Shown here: in pieces, positions 19,326-29,914 of the stretch
Layout: the number at the start of each line of letters is the position of its first letter
Position numbering within the stretch: position 1 is the first letter of the stretch
DNA from: Planctomycetota bacterium
Lineage (GTDB): Bacteria; Planctomycetota; UBA1135
Direction: 5' to 3'
DNA length: 64,000 nucleotides
Assembly: GCA_045047305.1 (NCBI GenBank)
Contig: JASFYO010000021.1
Coordinates: 40,915 to 104,914, forward strand
The notes under the pieces: model-generated
Seen by the model: only the letters and a program-made list of their open reading frames with translations
Told to the model about the DNA's origin: nothing
The model's database searches: none
Program-made: the position numbers and the translations under genes

Positions 19326-21359
19326 TTAATTGCCTATCGAATTACTGATTTTCCCGAACCATGGATGCTTTTTAAGGCTCAACGTGATCTCTGGTTTGTT
19401 GGTTTTGGTGCGCATTTCAAACACAGCATCCATGGGATACCACAAACGTTGCCATTGAGCCGATGCTTGGTCTCGCGTCGGCCGAAGAAGCTCTGCCGAT
19501 TTCTCTACGGAACCTTTTACTTTGACCAGAATGCCAAAAAGAGGCTCTCCGATAACACGGAACCAAGACTCCCCATGAGCCCCTTTCAAGTGAAGTGACA
19601 ATCCATTAATCGTAACCTCGCGACGGTCAATGATGACTTCCGCTTGGAGGGTGAAGGGACCGCCAAGTTCTAATTTGGCAACATCTTCTGGGTTGTCGGT
19701 GACGTCGATAAAGTGGGGTAGTGCTTTGCTCGGTTGAACCATCACCTCAGCCCCATCTTTGCCAATAAAACGAGCTTGCAAGAATTGATAACGCCCAACG
19801 GGGATTAACTGCTCCTTTCCTTTTCTTGCTGCAAGGTCCACCACCAAACCTTTGGTGTGGGAGGAGTTGCTCACCAGAAGAATGCTCGCCGGCTGTATTT
19901 TTTTTACTCCAGTGACCGAATATTGGATGCGGCCAAGGTTCGGATTCACTTGCGTCAGCTCAACACTACCGGGCGCATCAATCCCGGGAAGTTTTATCTC
20001 AAACCAGCGGCCTTTGGCGTCCGGCATGTAGCGTGAGAAGGGCCATGAGGCTTTACTTTTGCCCAAAGTCATGGCATCTGGCCGGTAGATGAAAACATCC
20101 TTCATCAAGCCTTCAGCCCAGATTTGCTTCATCTCTGGGTAACCGAATTGGCCATCACTGTTGGTATCGTAAAGTGTAAATTCACCAAATGGAGTTTTGC
20201 TGCGCTGGATCAATGCAGACCGGAAAAAAATCGCACCTCCATCCTCAGAAGGTTCCAGATTAATGGTGACACCTTGATAAACATCGTCAGCGGTTCCGGT
20301 GCAGAGTTCTAAAGTGAATGGACGGACAATGCCATCTGCATGTTTCCGCATAACAACGAACGACTCTGGATGTGGACCCACCCGAAAGGGTTTGGTCTCT
20401 TCGGCACCGGCTTCCAAGGTGAACTTTAATTTGTCGACTCTTATCAAGCGCACCGGAGGATTAATACCCTGGAAGGTAAATTGTTCCCCAATTTTTGGGA
20501 GGTTGTCACGGGTCCAACTGAAATGGTCGTAATCAGCAAGATCAGAACCATGGCGAATCGAACCAGGTTTTTTGTTTTTCGCGACTTCCATTGGAGATAC
20601 CGAGATTTCGACTCCTTCCATAGGCAAAATCTCTTCCTTATTCACCTTATCCTCCTTCACGTATCCCCCTTCCTTAGCGTTGGGATCCTCAATACCAAGC
20701 ATGGACCGCAGCTCCGCGGTAGCTTTTTCCGCGTTGGAGAACACGACGTCATTGGTTAGGCCCAATCGTTCTCTGGACTCCACCACTTTGAGATAAGCAT
20801 CCAATGCGATCTGTGCATCAGCTCCCTCTTCGTGGTAATTCGGATGGTGCAAGTTGCCCACGATATTGTAAGCCAGGGCTGTGTAATACATATCGCCGGT
20901 GTTCTCCAACGATGTCGCCAAATCTTTGGCATCTTCCCGTAAGGTCCGCCAGGGAACATCTTCCTTGCGCATAGCCGCAAGATGCATTCGATTGATGCGC
21001 GGAAAATCCTTGAGCAAGAGATTTCGACGAATTTCAATCATACTCGGTGACAAACGCTGCAAATAGCGATCGTAGTTGCGTCCAAAATCCGTGTGGTAGG
21101 TGTCATTCCAAGTTTGGATAAACAACTCCAGCCATAAATCCAAATCTGGATCGTCAGCCCCAAAAGCACGACGCCCGGCCTTGCCCATAAAGCTGAGGAC
21201 CGCATCCTCACGGTAACGTCGCAGAGCTTTCGACATGCCCTTCGAATCACCAACCTCGTTTGCCTCTAGCAGTGCCTTGGTGAACTCAATCACTTTCCCC
21301 GGATTCTGGGGAGCGGCGGCGCATAGAGGGACAAGCAGCAACAGGGTGGAAATCACCAT
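19326..21359 (-). CDS. Large secreted hypothetical protein
   Basis: 677-aa ORF with signal peptide, helical N-half, DTNSDG loop and beta-rich C-half; no family recognised. Confidence 0.75.
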   Translation of the reverse strand: MVISTLLLLVPLCAAAPQNPGKVIEFTKALLEANEVGDSKGMSKALRRYREDAVLSFMGKAGRRAFGADDPDLDLWLELFIQTWNDTYHTDFGRNYDRYLQRLSPSMIEIRRNLLLKDFPRINRMHLAAMRKEDVPWRTLREDAKDLATSLENTGDMYYTALAYNIVGNLHHPNYHEEGADAQIALDAYLKVVESRERLGLTNDVVFSNAEKATAELRSMLGIEDPNAKEGGYVKEDKVNKEEILPMEGVEISVSPMEVAKNKKPGSIRHGSDLADYDHFSWTRDNLPKIGEQFTFQGINPPVRLIRVDKLKFTLEAGAEETKPFRVGPHPESFVVMRKHADGIVRPFTLELCTGTADDVYQGVTINLEPSEDGGAIFFRSALIQRSKTPFGEFTLYDTNSDGQFGYPEMKQIWAEGLMKDVFIYRPDAMTLGKSKASWPFSRYMPDAKGRWFEIKLPGIDAPGSVELTQVNPNLGRIQYSVTGVKKIQPASILLVSNSSHTKGLVVDLAARKGKEQLIPVGRYQFLQARFIGKDGAEVMVQPSKALPHFIDVTDNPEDVAKLELGGPFTLQAEVIIDRREVTINGLSLHLKGAHGESWFRVIGEPLFGILVKVKGSVEKSAELLRPTRDQASAQWQRLWYPMDAVFEMRTKTNKPEITLSLKKHPWFGKISNSIGN

Positions 21360-21389
21360 GATGGATTCTATCAGGGCGACGGAGCCCGA

Positions 21390-22184
21390 TTACCGGCTCT
21401 TTTTACGAGACTGTTGTTGAAGAAACTGTTTTTCTTTGTGACTCAAGCTTGGCATCCCCTCGCGGCTAATTTTTGCCAAGATTTTGTCCATGCGTTCATC
21501 GTCCTTAGCACTCAAATCAGCCGATTTCAGTTTTCTCTTTGCCCTCCGTTTGGCCAATATGGGCAACCAAGGAGCATCAAAACGCTGAAATCCACCGACG
21601 GCGATCCAACCAACCAAGCCCCCAGCAAGATGCACCACATTCGCTTTGCCGTCGCCTTGATTTGCCATACTTGCGAGAAGCCAAAGCGAATCCAAAACCA
21701 CCAAGAACAGGAAAAAATGTAGCAATCGAACCTGTATGAAAATTAGGCTAAGCACCCGTTGCGGATACATCGCAGCTGAGGAGGCCAATACTGCAGATAC
21801 TAAACCAGAAGCGCCCAAGACTGGAATTGCAAATTGGGCCGGCATCATCCAGGCGAAAAGAAGTGTTGCTCCGGCTCCAGCCAAGGCTGCCTTCAAAAGA
21901 TATAGCACAAAACGTTTGCCCGGAAACAAGCGTTCGATTTCTGGGGCGAATAGCGCAAACATCCAGCCATTCATCAGAAGGTGAAAAATATTTCTGGGGT
22001 CATGCAGAAAGGTGTAGGTGACCAAACCAGGAAGTTTCAACCAATTCCCATGGAAGAGCCCCGCCGGGTCCAAGAGAAACCAAGGCGTGAGCCCAGTGGT
22101 CCACAATCCAAGCACAAAATCGACCACCCATATGGCGGCCCATAAAATTAGGAGGCGACGAACAATTGGAGTCAGAGCAATCAT
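21390..22184 (-). CDS. Rhomboid intramembrane serine protease with C-terminal helical (DUF6576-like) tail
   Basis: FLH...HL.MN, GASG, HLAG; tail D.IL.KIS..G..SL...EK.FL. Confidence 0.9.
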   Translation of the reverse strand: MIALTPIVRRLLILWAAIWVVDFVLGLWTTGLTPWFLLDPAGLFHGNWLKLPGLVTYTFLHDPRNIFHLLMNGWMFALFAPEIERLFPGKRFVLYLLKAALAGAGATLLFAWMMPAQFAIPVLGASGLVSAVLASSAAMYPQRVLSLIFIQVRLLHFFLFLVVLDSLWLLASMANQGDGKANVVHLAGGLVGWIAVGGFQRFDAPWLPILAKRRAKRKLKSADLSAKDDERMDKILAKISREGMPSLSHKEKQFLQQQSRKKSR

Positions 22185-22224
22185 GGCTTACAATCCTATT
22201 CTAGACTCTGACGCTTCAACTTCC

Positions 22225-23103
22225 ATGACTACCTCTTCCTCTTCCGCACAAATCCTCGACGGCAAGGCGCTGTCGATTCAAGTACTTGACGAGCTGCAAT
22301 CTATCGTGGCGGCAAGGAAGGTTGCCGGTAAATCCCAGCCTGGGCTTGCTACGATTTTGGTGGGCGAAGACCCAGCTTCGCATATTTATGTTCGTAATAA
22401 GCGCAGAGCGTGCGAAAAGGTAGGAGTTGTTAGTTTCCACCACGAACTGCCTGCAGAAACTGGCCAAGCGGAATTGCTAGAACTCATTGCGGCCCTTAAT
22501 GCAGATGACAACGTACACGGGATCCTAGTCCAACTTCCCTTGCCACGCGACTTCGATTACAACGAAAACGATGTTCTTGCGGCGATCGATCCGCAAAAAG
22601 ATGCCGATGGCTTTCATCCTTACAATCAAGGTGCCTTACTTCAAGGCCGAATAGCACCTATCCCCTGCACGCCCAAAGGGGTTATGCGCTTGCTAGATTT
22701 AGCCAAGCTCGACTTGTCTGGTTTGCATGCGGTCGTGGTGGGACGCAGCAATATTGTAGGTAAGCCGGTAGCCTTGTTACTGCTGGCCCGCCACATGACC
22801 GTCACTATTTGCCACTCCCGCACGAAAAACTTAGCAGCCGAGGTAAGACGAGCCGACGTTGTAGTGGCCGCCGTTGGGGTTGCTGAATTGGTGCAAGGCG
22901 ATTGGGTCAAACCTGGAGCAGTGGTGCTCGATGTTGGCATTAACCGTAACACAGAAGGAAAACTAGTAGGTGACGTAGATTTCCATGCTGCTGCGCAACA
23001 CGCTGCCTGGATCACCCCAGTCCCCGGCGGGGTTGGTCCAATGACCATCGGAATGCTGCTGCAAAATACTGTGGAAGCAGCTAGTCGCAAAGACTCGATT
23101 TAG
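22225..23103 (+). CDS. folD: Methylenetetrahydrofolate dehydrogenase/cyclohydrolase
   Basis: [40 protein letters not shown]. Confidence 0.97.
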   Translation: MTTSSSSAQILDGKALSIQVLDELQSIVAARKVAGKSQPGLATILVGEDPASHIYVRNKRRACEKVGVVSFHHELPAETGQAELLELIAALNADDNVHGILVQLPLPRDFDYNENDVLAAIDPQKDADGFHPYNQGALLQGRIAPIPCTPKGVMRLLDLAKLDLSGLHAVVVGRSNIVGKPVALLLLARHMTVTICHSRTKNLAAEVRRADVVVAAVGVAELVQGDWVKPGAVVLDVGINRNTEGKLVGDVDFHAAAQHAAWITPVPGGVGPMTIGMLLQNTVEAASRKDSI

Positions 23104-24095
23104 AAGTTTCTTTCGCCTAAAAACTGAGTGAGCCTAGCCAACTCGGAGGCCACCTCTTGTTGTGGCAGTTTCCCTAGTTGACGGGTGGATTCACTCAACA
23201 TGGCTTCTACCTCTTTCCGGCAAACACGCATGGCCTCATTCATGGAATCAGCAAATGGGGGCTGATACAGGACTTTGCGGTCGGTTCCTTTGAGGAAAAG
23301 TTCTTCTAATAAAACGCAATCGGGTTGATTCAAGCTTTCGCGTAATCGAATCAGAGGCAGAGTCATTTTGCCCCTCTGCCAATCCGTTCCGAGAGATTTT
23401 CCGACTTTGGTTTCGGAACCTGCAAGATCCAACATATCGTCGACCACTTGGAATGCTCTGCCAGCAAGAAGACCATAACGCGCCGCGGCATCACACATGC
23501 CTAAATCAGCGCCGGAGTAATGAGCAGCAAGGCGTCCACCGGCTTCAAATAATGCGGCTGTTTTGCCATCGATTTGAGAAAAGTAATCCTTCTCACTGAG
23601 GGAGAACAATCCCCGGGTCAGGTTTTGGTGCATCTCCCCTGCGCAAACACGGCCTGTGGCCTCTGACAATACTTGAGAACAAGTCTGATCATGCATTCGC
23701 GTACTTGCTGCGAATGCTTGGCTATAAATCCAATCTCCAAGCAAAACGGCTGTGTGTGCCCCCCATTCCACGTGGAGACAATCCAACTTGCGCCGTTCTT
23801 GCGCCTCATCAAGCAAGTCATCATGCACCAAAGTGGCGCTATGAATCATTTCAATGATGCCGGCGACTTGAATATGGGCCTGGGTTAAGGAGCCGCAAGC
23901 TTTACCGATTAACAACACCTGGGCTGCCCGTAATCGTTTTCCTTTAAAACGGGCGACATAATCCAACAATGGCTTCAGCACGGGGGGCCCCGCTGAAAGC
24001 TGCTGCAAAATCCAGGCATCGACAAGTTCAAGATCTTCTTCTACGCTGCGCAGAAGATCTGTCATCGATAGTTCAGAAGTTGATGGGGAAGCCAT
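23100..24095 (-). CDS. Polyprenyl diphosphate synthase (IspB-like)
   Basis: [32 protein letters not shown]...GK.TLP. Confidence 0.92.
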   Translation of the reverse strand: MASPSTSELSMTDLLRSVEEDLELVDAWILQQLSAGPPVLKPLLDYVARFKGKRLRAAQVLLIGKACGSLTQAHIQVAGIIEMIHSATLVHDDLLDEAQERRKLDCLHVEWGAHTAVLLGDWIYSQAFAASTRMHDQTCSQVLSEATGRVCAGEMHQNLTRGLFSLSEKDYFSQIDGKTAALFEAGGRLAAHYSGADLGMCDAAARYGLLAGRAFQVVDDMLDLAGSETKVGKSLGTDWQRGKMTLPLIRLRESLNQPDCVLLEELFLKGTDRKVLYQPPFADSMNEAMRVCRKEVEAMLSESTRQLGKLPQQEVASELARLTQFLGERNF

Positions 24096-24739
24096 CAGAT
24101 AGTGGGTTTGATGATCGAGGTGGAACGCCAAGTCTTGAGTTCAGCGGGGGTGTTCAAGTTCTGCAGGCCTGAAGATAGCTCATCAGGAGGAGTCCAAGAC
24201 ACAACTCCGGACCACGTTAAAAAACGAAACAAGCTGGACTCTCCGGCGTGAATAGCTTCATGCATAGCTCTAAAACAAGATTGCGGCAAGGCTACAGGGA
24301 AGCCTGCTCGACGGTTGGGACCTTTTGTCACGCAGGCTAGTTTTTGGCTGGCGGCTTGGCGTTGAAAGGCTTTTAGGAAGTCTTCACTTAAACCAGGCAT
24401 ATCAACCGGTAGGATTAAAGCCCACTCGGTCGAGACTTGCGCCAATGCACTCACGAGGGCGTGGAAAGGGCCGTGTGGCGGCTGAGGGTCCGCTAAATGG
24501 TGACGCTCTCCTGGGATAGGCTCGCCACCCAAAATAAAATATTCCATGCAGGTCTTACGCAAAAGTCTCCGAGCGTGATCGGAAAAAGTTTGGCAGCAGT
24601 TGGATGAAAGTAAAATTTTCGACTTACTTCGACCCATACGGGAGGAATCACCGCCAGCAAGGAGCAAGCCGGTCCATAACTCAGGGATGCAATGGGCCGC
24701 TGCCAAAGAATTACTCCTCTGATTTTTTGTCTTTGCCAT
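24095..24739 (-). CDS. mobA: Molybdenum cofactor guanylyltransferase-like (start uncertain)
   Basis: LLAGG.SSRMG..K, GP, PVDMP, NLNTP. Confidence 0.8.
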   Translation of the reverse strand: MAKTKNQRSNSLAAAHCIPELWTGLLLAGGDSSRMGRSKSKILLSSNCCQTFSDHARRLLRKTCMEYFILGGEPIPGERHHLADPQPPHGPFHALVSALAQVSTEWALILPVDMPGLSEDFLKAFQRQAASQKLACVTKGPNRRAGFPVALPQSCFRAMHEAIHAGESSLFRFLTWSGVVSWTPPDELSSGLQNLNTPAELKTWRSTSIIKPTI

Positions 24740-24956
24740 CGTCGGAATCATCCTCCGACTCGCCTTCTTTGAGGCCCTTTTTAAATTCATGAACTCCCGA
24801 ACCCATGCCGCGCATTAAGGACGGCAATTTAGCGCCACCAAACAAAAGTAGCACAACGAGACCAATGACCATCACCTCTGGACCACCAAGCATGCAGCTT
24901 GGAAGAGTCAGAGCTAGGATCGGAAGAAGGAGGTAGTGACGTGCGGAAAGATTCAT
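24711..24956 (-). CDS. tatA: Twin-arginine translocase TatA/E with N-terminal extension
   Basis: G.E...LLLFG..KLP.L.RG.G....FKKGL and acidic tail. Confidence 0.92.
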   Translation of the reverse strand: MNLSARHYLLLPILALTLPSCMLGGPEVMVIGLVVLLLFGGAKLPSLMRGMGSGVHEFKKGLKEGESEDDSDDGKDKKSEE

Positions 24957-25030
24957 GCGAGACTTGCCTTTAGGACCATTCTATCCATTTCCTCGGCGCG
25001 TCAAGGCCTGGAAATGTACAACAAGAGGAC

Positions 25031-25066
25031 AAAAGCAAACCGGCTCAGGAAATCCCAAGCCGGTTT
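25031..25066 (-). terminator. Intrinsic terminator after sucD
   Basis: Minus-strand hairpin AAACCGGCTTGGG-ATTT-CCTGAGCCGGTTT followed by GCTTTT. Confidence 0.65.
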
Positions 25067-25089
25067 ATCGATTTTTGGAAGCAGGAGGC

Positions 25090-25983
25090 CTAAGAGATGC
25101 CTTTTTCGGCTCTCAATGCGGCAAGGGTGCGGCCTAAATCCGAAGGTGTTGGAGCAACCCGAACACCAGCAGCAGTGAGGGCTTCGATCTTGGAATCTGC
25201 GGTTCCACTGCCTCCAGAAATGATGGCGCCAGCATGGCCCATTCGCTTTCCAGGAGGAGCTGTGCGGCCGGCAATGAAGCCAACCACGGGCTTGGTCACG
25301 TTGCTCTTGATGAACTCCGCAGCTTCTTCCTCGGCAGTTCCACCGATTTCGCCAATCATGATGATGGAATCGGTCTCTGGATCGTCCTGGAAAGCGCTCA
25401 AGACGTCGATGAAGTTGGTGCCAGGAATCGGGTCACCACCAATGCCGACGCAGGTGGACTGTCCGAGACCTTCACTGGTGACTTGCCACACAGCTTCATA
25501 GGTCAAGGTGCCGGAGCGGCTGACAATGCCCACGGTGCCTGGATTGTGGATGTAAGCCGGCATAATGCCAATCTTGCAGCCACCATCGTTGGCAGGAGTA
25601 ATTACGCCAGGGCAGTTAGGCCCGACCAGACGCGTTTGGGACCCCTTCAGCGCTGCTTGTACTTTTGCCATGTCGAGGACTGGAATGCCCTCAGTGATGC
25701 AAACGACGAGCTTAATGCCCGCATCGGCTGCCTCCAAAATAGAGTCTGCTGCAAAAGGAGCTGGGACATAAATGACCGAAGCTTCGGCGCCAGTCTCTCG
25801 AACCGCTTGATCCACGGTATCGAAGATAGGCAGGTTTAGATGAGATTGCCCACCTTTACCAGGGGTCACTCCGCCAACCATTTTGGTGCCATACTCGATG
25901 GCCTGCTCACTATGGAAGGTTCCGTTGCGGCCAGTGAAGCCCTGACAAATAACCTTGGTGTCTTTATCGATGAAGATTGCCAT
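25090..25983 (-). CDS. sucD: Succinyl-CoA synthetase alpha subunit
   Basis: [30 protein letters not shown]. Confidence 0.98.
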   Translation of the reverse strand: MAIFIDKDTKVICQGFTGRNGTFHSEQAIEYGTKMVGGVTPGKGGQSHLNLPIFDTVDQAVRETGAEASVIYVPAPFAADSILEAADAGIKLVVCITEGIPVLDMAKVQAALKGSQTRLVGPNCPGVITPANDGGCKIGIMPAYIHNPGTVGIVSRSGTLTYEAVWQVTSEGLGQSTCVGIGGDPIPGTNFIDVLSAFQDDPETDSIIMIGEIGGTAEEEAAEFIKSNVTKPVVGFIAGRTAPPGKRMGHAGAIISGGSGTADSKIEALTAAGVRVAPTPSDLGRTLAALRAEKGIS

Positions 25984-25994
25984 GATGTTTCTCC

Positions 25995-27164
25995 TTAGGC
26001 TCCAGCTTTCACAGCTTGACAGATGAGTTTGGCGCCTTCGTCGAGGGAGGCTGCCGAGGTGATATCAAGACCGCTCTCTGCGAGCAACTTGCGACCTTCA
26101 TCCACGTTGGTGCCTTCTAGACGTACCACCAATGGAATGCTGATGTCGACGGTTTTAGCCGCGCCAATCACGCCGCGCGCGATGATGTCGCACTTCATGA
26201 TGCCACCGAAAATGTTGACCAGAATGCCCTTCACTTTCTCATCGGAAAGGATGATGCGGAAGGCTTCGGTAATGGCTTCTTCTGTAGCTCCACCACCGAC
26301 GTCCAGGAAGTTGGCTGGAGTGCAGCCATGCAGGTTAATGGTGTCCATGGTGGCCATGGCCAAACCGGCGCCATTCACCATGCAACCGATAGAACCATCC
26401 AGAGAGATGTAATTCAGGCCAAAACGCGATGCTTCGACTTCTTTTAAATCTTCCTCATTTTCATCGCGCATTTCAGCGAGATCCTGATGCCGATACATCG
26501 CGTTGGAATCGAAGCTCATTTTCGCATCCAAGGCAACGACTTCCCCTTGGTCAGTGATGACCAGAGGGTTGATTTCTGCGATTTCGCAATCGAGCTCCAT
26601 GTAGGCCTGAGAAAGCCCCATAAGGAATGGAACTGCCTTTTTGACTTGAGCCGGATTAAATCCGAGGAAAAAAGCTGCCCGGCGGGCCTGATACGGCTCC
26701 AGGCCACGCAGTGGATCGATCGGCAGGCGTAAAAGCGCATCCGGGTCGGTTTCGGCGATGGTTTCAATCTCAACGCCGCCATCGGCGCAGGCCATTAACA
26801 CTGGTACACCCAAATGACGGTCAAGTGCAATCCCAACATACATCTCAGAGGCCAAATTAAGGCCTTCACAGATGAAGAGTTTACGCACCAATTGTCCCTC
26901 TGGACCAGTCTGGTGGGTCTTCAGCATCATGCCGAGCATGGCGTCGGCCACTTCTTCGGCTTCTTGACGATTTTTGACCAATTTCACGCCACCGCCCTTT
27001 CCGCGGCCTCCAGCATGAATCTGAGCTTTGACGACCGCAAGATCTCCGCCTAGCTGAGCGAAGGCCTCTCCGGCCTGTTGAGGGGTTTCAACGACAATGC
27101 CGCGCTGAGTGCGCACGCCATAGCGCTCGAGAACCTCTTTACCTTGGTATTCGTGGACTTTCAT
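25995..27164 (-). CDS. sucC: Succinyl-CoA synthetase beta subunit
   Basis: [40 protein letters not shown]. Confidence 0.98.
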   Translation of the reverse strand: MKVHEYQGKEVLERYGVRTQRGIVVETPQQAGEAFAQLGGDLAVVKAQIHAGGRGKGGGVKLVKNRQEAEEVADAMLGMMLKTHQTGPEGQLVRKLFICEGLNLASEMYVGIALDRHLGVPVLMACADGGVEIETIAETDPDALLRLPIDPLRGLEPYQARRAAFFLGFNPAQVKKAVPFLMGLSQAYMELDCEIAEINPLVITDQGEVVALDAKMSFDSNAMYRHQDLAEMRDENEEDLKEVEASRFGLNYISLDGSIGCMVNGAGLAMATMDTINLHGCTPANFLDVGGGATEEAITEAFRIILSDEKVKGILVNIFGGIMKCDIIARGVIGAAKTVDISIPLVVRLEGTNVDEGRKLLAESGLDITSAASLDEGAKLICQAVKAGA

Positions 27165-27275
27165 GGGGTACCCCGCTTCCGGGAAACGTGGTAGGTTACA
27201 AAGGCGGTAGGAGGTCGCATAGGTTCTTCCGAAGATTTTGGAACCTAGCTTCTTACCACCAACTCTAATACCTAG

Positions 27276-28268
27276 ATGAGCCTCCCCTCTCAACGCCCAA
27301 ACTACGTCCTGGTCTGGATTGGAATCGTCATGCTGACCTTCTCCATGGCAGGTAATTGGCTTTTAGAATCGCCCTCTTTCCCGTCGACTAACTTGGCTGA
27401 TTCGGCGCGACTTAGCATCGTTTACGAAGATTCTGCATTCCTTCCACCGGTAGATTCTGCTCAGGAAGACTTAGTCCCTAAGATCCCACAGGAAGTCGAA
27501 AATGTTTTCGATCAACAAATCCCTGTGCGTAGGGACGAATACTTTCTGAAAGACCAGACTTTAGCCAAGCATGAAGTGGATCTTGGTCCTCCTATCTGGG
27601 AAACTGGAAGATTATCCTTAGATTCACAACCTGAGCTGTTGGAGATCACAATCAACGACGCTGTCATACCAAGAAAAGGAATCTCACCGGTTCATGATGG
27701 CCTCGGGTTAGGAGAGGAACAGTGGCAGTCCTTCCGCAGTAAGGCTCTTCCGGCAACGGCTCCACGTAATCGGAAACAAAAGGCCGCCGATGCTTGGGAT
27801 CAAGGACAATACAACTCCTCCTGGTCGAATCGCAAGGGCTTTGCGAACCGGGGCAAGAAAGGCGCCGGCAAAAACCGCGAAATCTTCATTCAGACCCATT
27901 TCCGCCCGGCACCCAATGGTCGTATTGCGGCGAGCTTCTTCCTCGCGCGCCCACATATACAGGGGCGTATCGAGTTCCTCCAAGGCAACCAGGACGCAAT
28001 GCTGGCACAAAGAGCAGAACAGTATCTTGACGCCCTTGAAGCCGTTATCCGCGAGAGTCAAGAAAATGCTTCTGAACAAGGTGCCCAAAGCCAAAAGCGA
28101 GAGCAGCTGGAGCAAATCCGACAAATGAAAGCCAAACTATTGGAGCATTTACGGCAGCGTCCAGGTGGTATCGAACTGGTGGCCGAATTAAGCCAGATAC
28201 AACTCGAAGCCTTCATGCAAAAGCTTAGCGCACAAAACCCAAGGTTTCGTGCGCTACTGAAAAGCTAG
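27276..28268 (+). CDS. Hypothetical membrane-anchored/exported protein
   Basis: 330-aa ORF filling the gap between sucC and rpmH; N-terminal hydrophobic helix and C-terminal coiled-coil-like helices. Confidence 0.65.
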   Translation: MSLPSQRPNYVLVWIGIVMLTFSMAGNWLLESPSFPSTNLADSARLSIVYEDSAFLPPVDSAQEDLVPKIPQEVENVFDQQIPVRRDEYFLKDQTLAKHEVDLGPPIWETGRLSLDSQPELLEITINDAVIPRKGISPVHDGLGLGEEQWQSFRSKALPATAPRNRKQKAADAWDQGQYNSSWSNRKGFANRGKKGAGKNREIFIQTHFRPAPNGRIAASFFLARPHIQGRIEFLQGNQDAMLAQRAEQYLDALEAVIRESQENASEQGAQSQKREQLEQIRQMKAKLLEHLRQRPGGIELVAELSQIQLEAFMQKLSAQNPRFRALLKS

Positions 28269-28300
28269 TGCTGGTATCCACCCAGCGTGTCGCGCAAAGC

Positions 28301-28441
28301 CTAAGGCTTAACGAATTTACCGTGACGACGACGCTTGCGGCGAATGATGGCACGGCCGCCTGCGGTTTTAGAACGGGAACGGAAGCCGTACTTGCGACGC
28401 TTGTTGTTCGACTTGCGGATGTTTGTTTTGCGGCCTTTCAT
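28301..28441 (-). CDS. rpmH: 50S ribosomal protein L34
   Basis: Hand translation (below the ORF-track cutoff): MKGRKTNIRKSNNKRRKYGFRSRSKTAGGRAIIRRKRRRHGKFVKP, 46 aa, with the GFR.R..T.GGR..I.R.R pattern. Confidence 0.9.
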   Translation of the reverse strand: MKGRKTNIRKSNNKRRKYGFRSRSKTAGGRAIIRRKRRRHGKFVKP

Positions 28442-28465
28442 GGTCGTATTGGGCGAGTTTCGGGG

Positions 28466-29911
28466 TTAGCCGAGTTGGTCGAATCGGATGATCCGCACGG
28501 TGTTGGTCACTCCAGAAACCGAAAAGGTTCCGGTCAGAGCGACGAGGTATTGCTCCGGACGCAGTGCGTGATGTTCTCCTAGATAAACTGCCGCTTGGCG
28601 GTTCATCTCACGAAAACGACGGACTTTGGACAGTCTGCCGGGACTCACGCCCCAGTAAAGGGACATCCGATGAAAAGAACGTTCCTTTGCCGACAACGCC
28701 ACAATGGGCGCCTTGGCGCGAAACGAGCTGACCAGTCTAGCCGAACGCCCAGACTCAGTAAAGGCCAGAATGAGGGCTGCTTTGGCCTGATGGGAAGCAA
28801 AGACTGCCGCGTTTACGGTAGCCATTTCGATGCTGGTCTTTTTGAGGCCACCAGTGGGGCGAATCGAAGGACGTAGACGCCAAGTATCATGGAATTGCCC
28901 CGATTCAGTCTTCTTGGCAATGAGCTGCATAATCCGACATGTTTCAACCGGATAGGCCCCAATTGCCGTCTCTCCGCTCAGCATGACACAATCGGCACCA
29001 TCGAGCACAGCATTGGCCACGTCGCTCACTTCCGCGCGGGTGGGCTGATCCGCCTCAATCATGCTTTCGAGCATTTGGGTGGCTACGACCACTGGGCAAG
29101 CGCGCTCGATTGCCATGCGCACAATACGTTTTTGCAGAGTTGGAACAATCGCATGCCCCATCTCCACGGCGAGATCTCCACGCGCCACCATAACACCATC
29201 ACTGACATCGAAAATCCCTTCCAGCTCATCGATGGCTTGTGGGTGTTCGATTTTAGCCATGACTGGAATCGTGAAGTTATGTTTTTTCAATTCCTTGTGC
29301 ACAGCCTCTACATCTTCGGCTCTGCGCACGAAACTAAGCGCCAACCAATCCACCTTATGCTCCACGGCAAAGGCAATGTCGGTGCGATCCTTCGCCGAAA
29401 GTGCGGGTGCTGAAACCTCACTGTCGGGCAGGTTCACGCCAGAATGCGACATAACGGTGCCACCGCGCCGCACCTTGCACGCAATAGTTTTAGAGCCAAT
29501 CGAGCGGACTTTAAGTTCTACGCGGCCATCCCGAATGAGAATCCGATCTCCCACAGCTAAATCCCGCTTGAGATTACGGTAATCAATGGATAGCGAGCCG
29601 TCTTTCTTTTCGACTTTACTGGCAATCACTATGACATCTTCCCCACGTTGCAGGATTCGTGGTTGGTTCAGAGAGCCAAGCCGGATGCGTGGGCCGCGCA
29701 GGTCAACAAGAATAGAAATCGGTTTGCCTAATTCACGACGAATCCTTTTCACCGAGCGAATCCACTTGGCACAAGTTGCGGCGTCGCCATGGCTCATGTT
29801 CAAACGGAAGCCATTCACCCCCGCGCGCACCATTTCGCGAATCCGGGCCGGCGTAGCGCAGGCAGGACCGAGAGTCGCAAGGACTTTCGTACGTCGGGGA
29901 TTCACGAACAT
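28466..29911 (-). CDS. pyk: Pyruvate kinase
   Basis: TK..ATLGP, RLNMSHG, AKIE, MVARGDL, ATQMLESM, PTRAE, MLSGETA. Confidence 0.97.
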   Translation of the reverse strand: MFVNPRRTKVLATLGPACATPARIREMVRAGVNGFRLNMSHGDAATCAKWIRSVKRIRRELGKPISILVDLRGPRIRLGSLNQPRILQRGEDVIVIASKVEKKDGSLSIDYRNLKRDLAVGDRILIRDGRVELKVRSIGSKTIACKVRRGGTVMSHSGVNLPDSEVSAPALSAKDRTDIAFAVEHKVDWLALSFVRRAEDVEAVHKELKKHNFTIPVMAKIEHPQAIDELEGIFDVSDGVMVARGDLAVEMGHAIVPTLQKRIVRMAIERACPVVVATQMLESMIEADQPTRAEVSDVANAVLDGADCVMLSGETAIGAYPVETCRIMQLIAKKTESGQFHDTWRLRPSIRPTGGLKKTSIEMATVNAAVFASHQAKAALILAFTESGRSARLVSSFRAKAPIVALSAKERSFHRMSLYWGVSPGRLSKVRRFREMNRQAAVYLGEHHALRPEQYLVALTGTFSVSGVTNTVRIIRFDQLG

Positions 29912-29914
29912 GAA

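Noticed and set aside
21505..21513. TTAGCACTC CIRCE half-site
   Set aside because: It lies inside the rhomboid CDS, the second half-site is absent, and it is not near a chaperone gene
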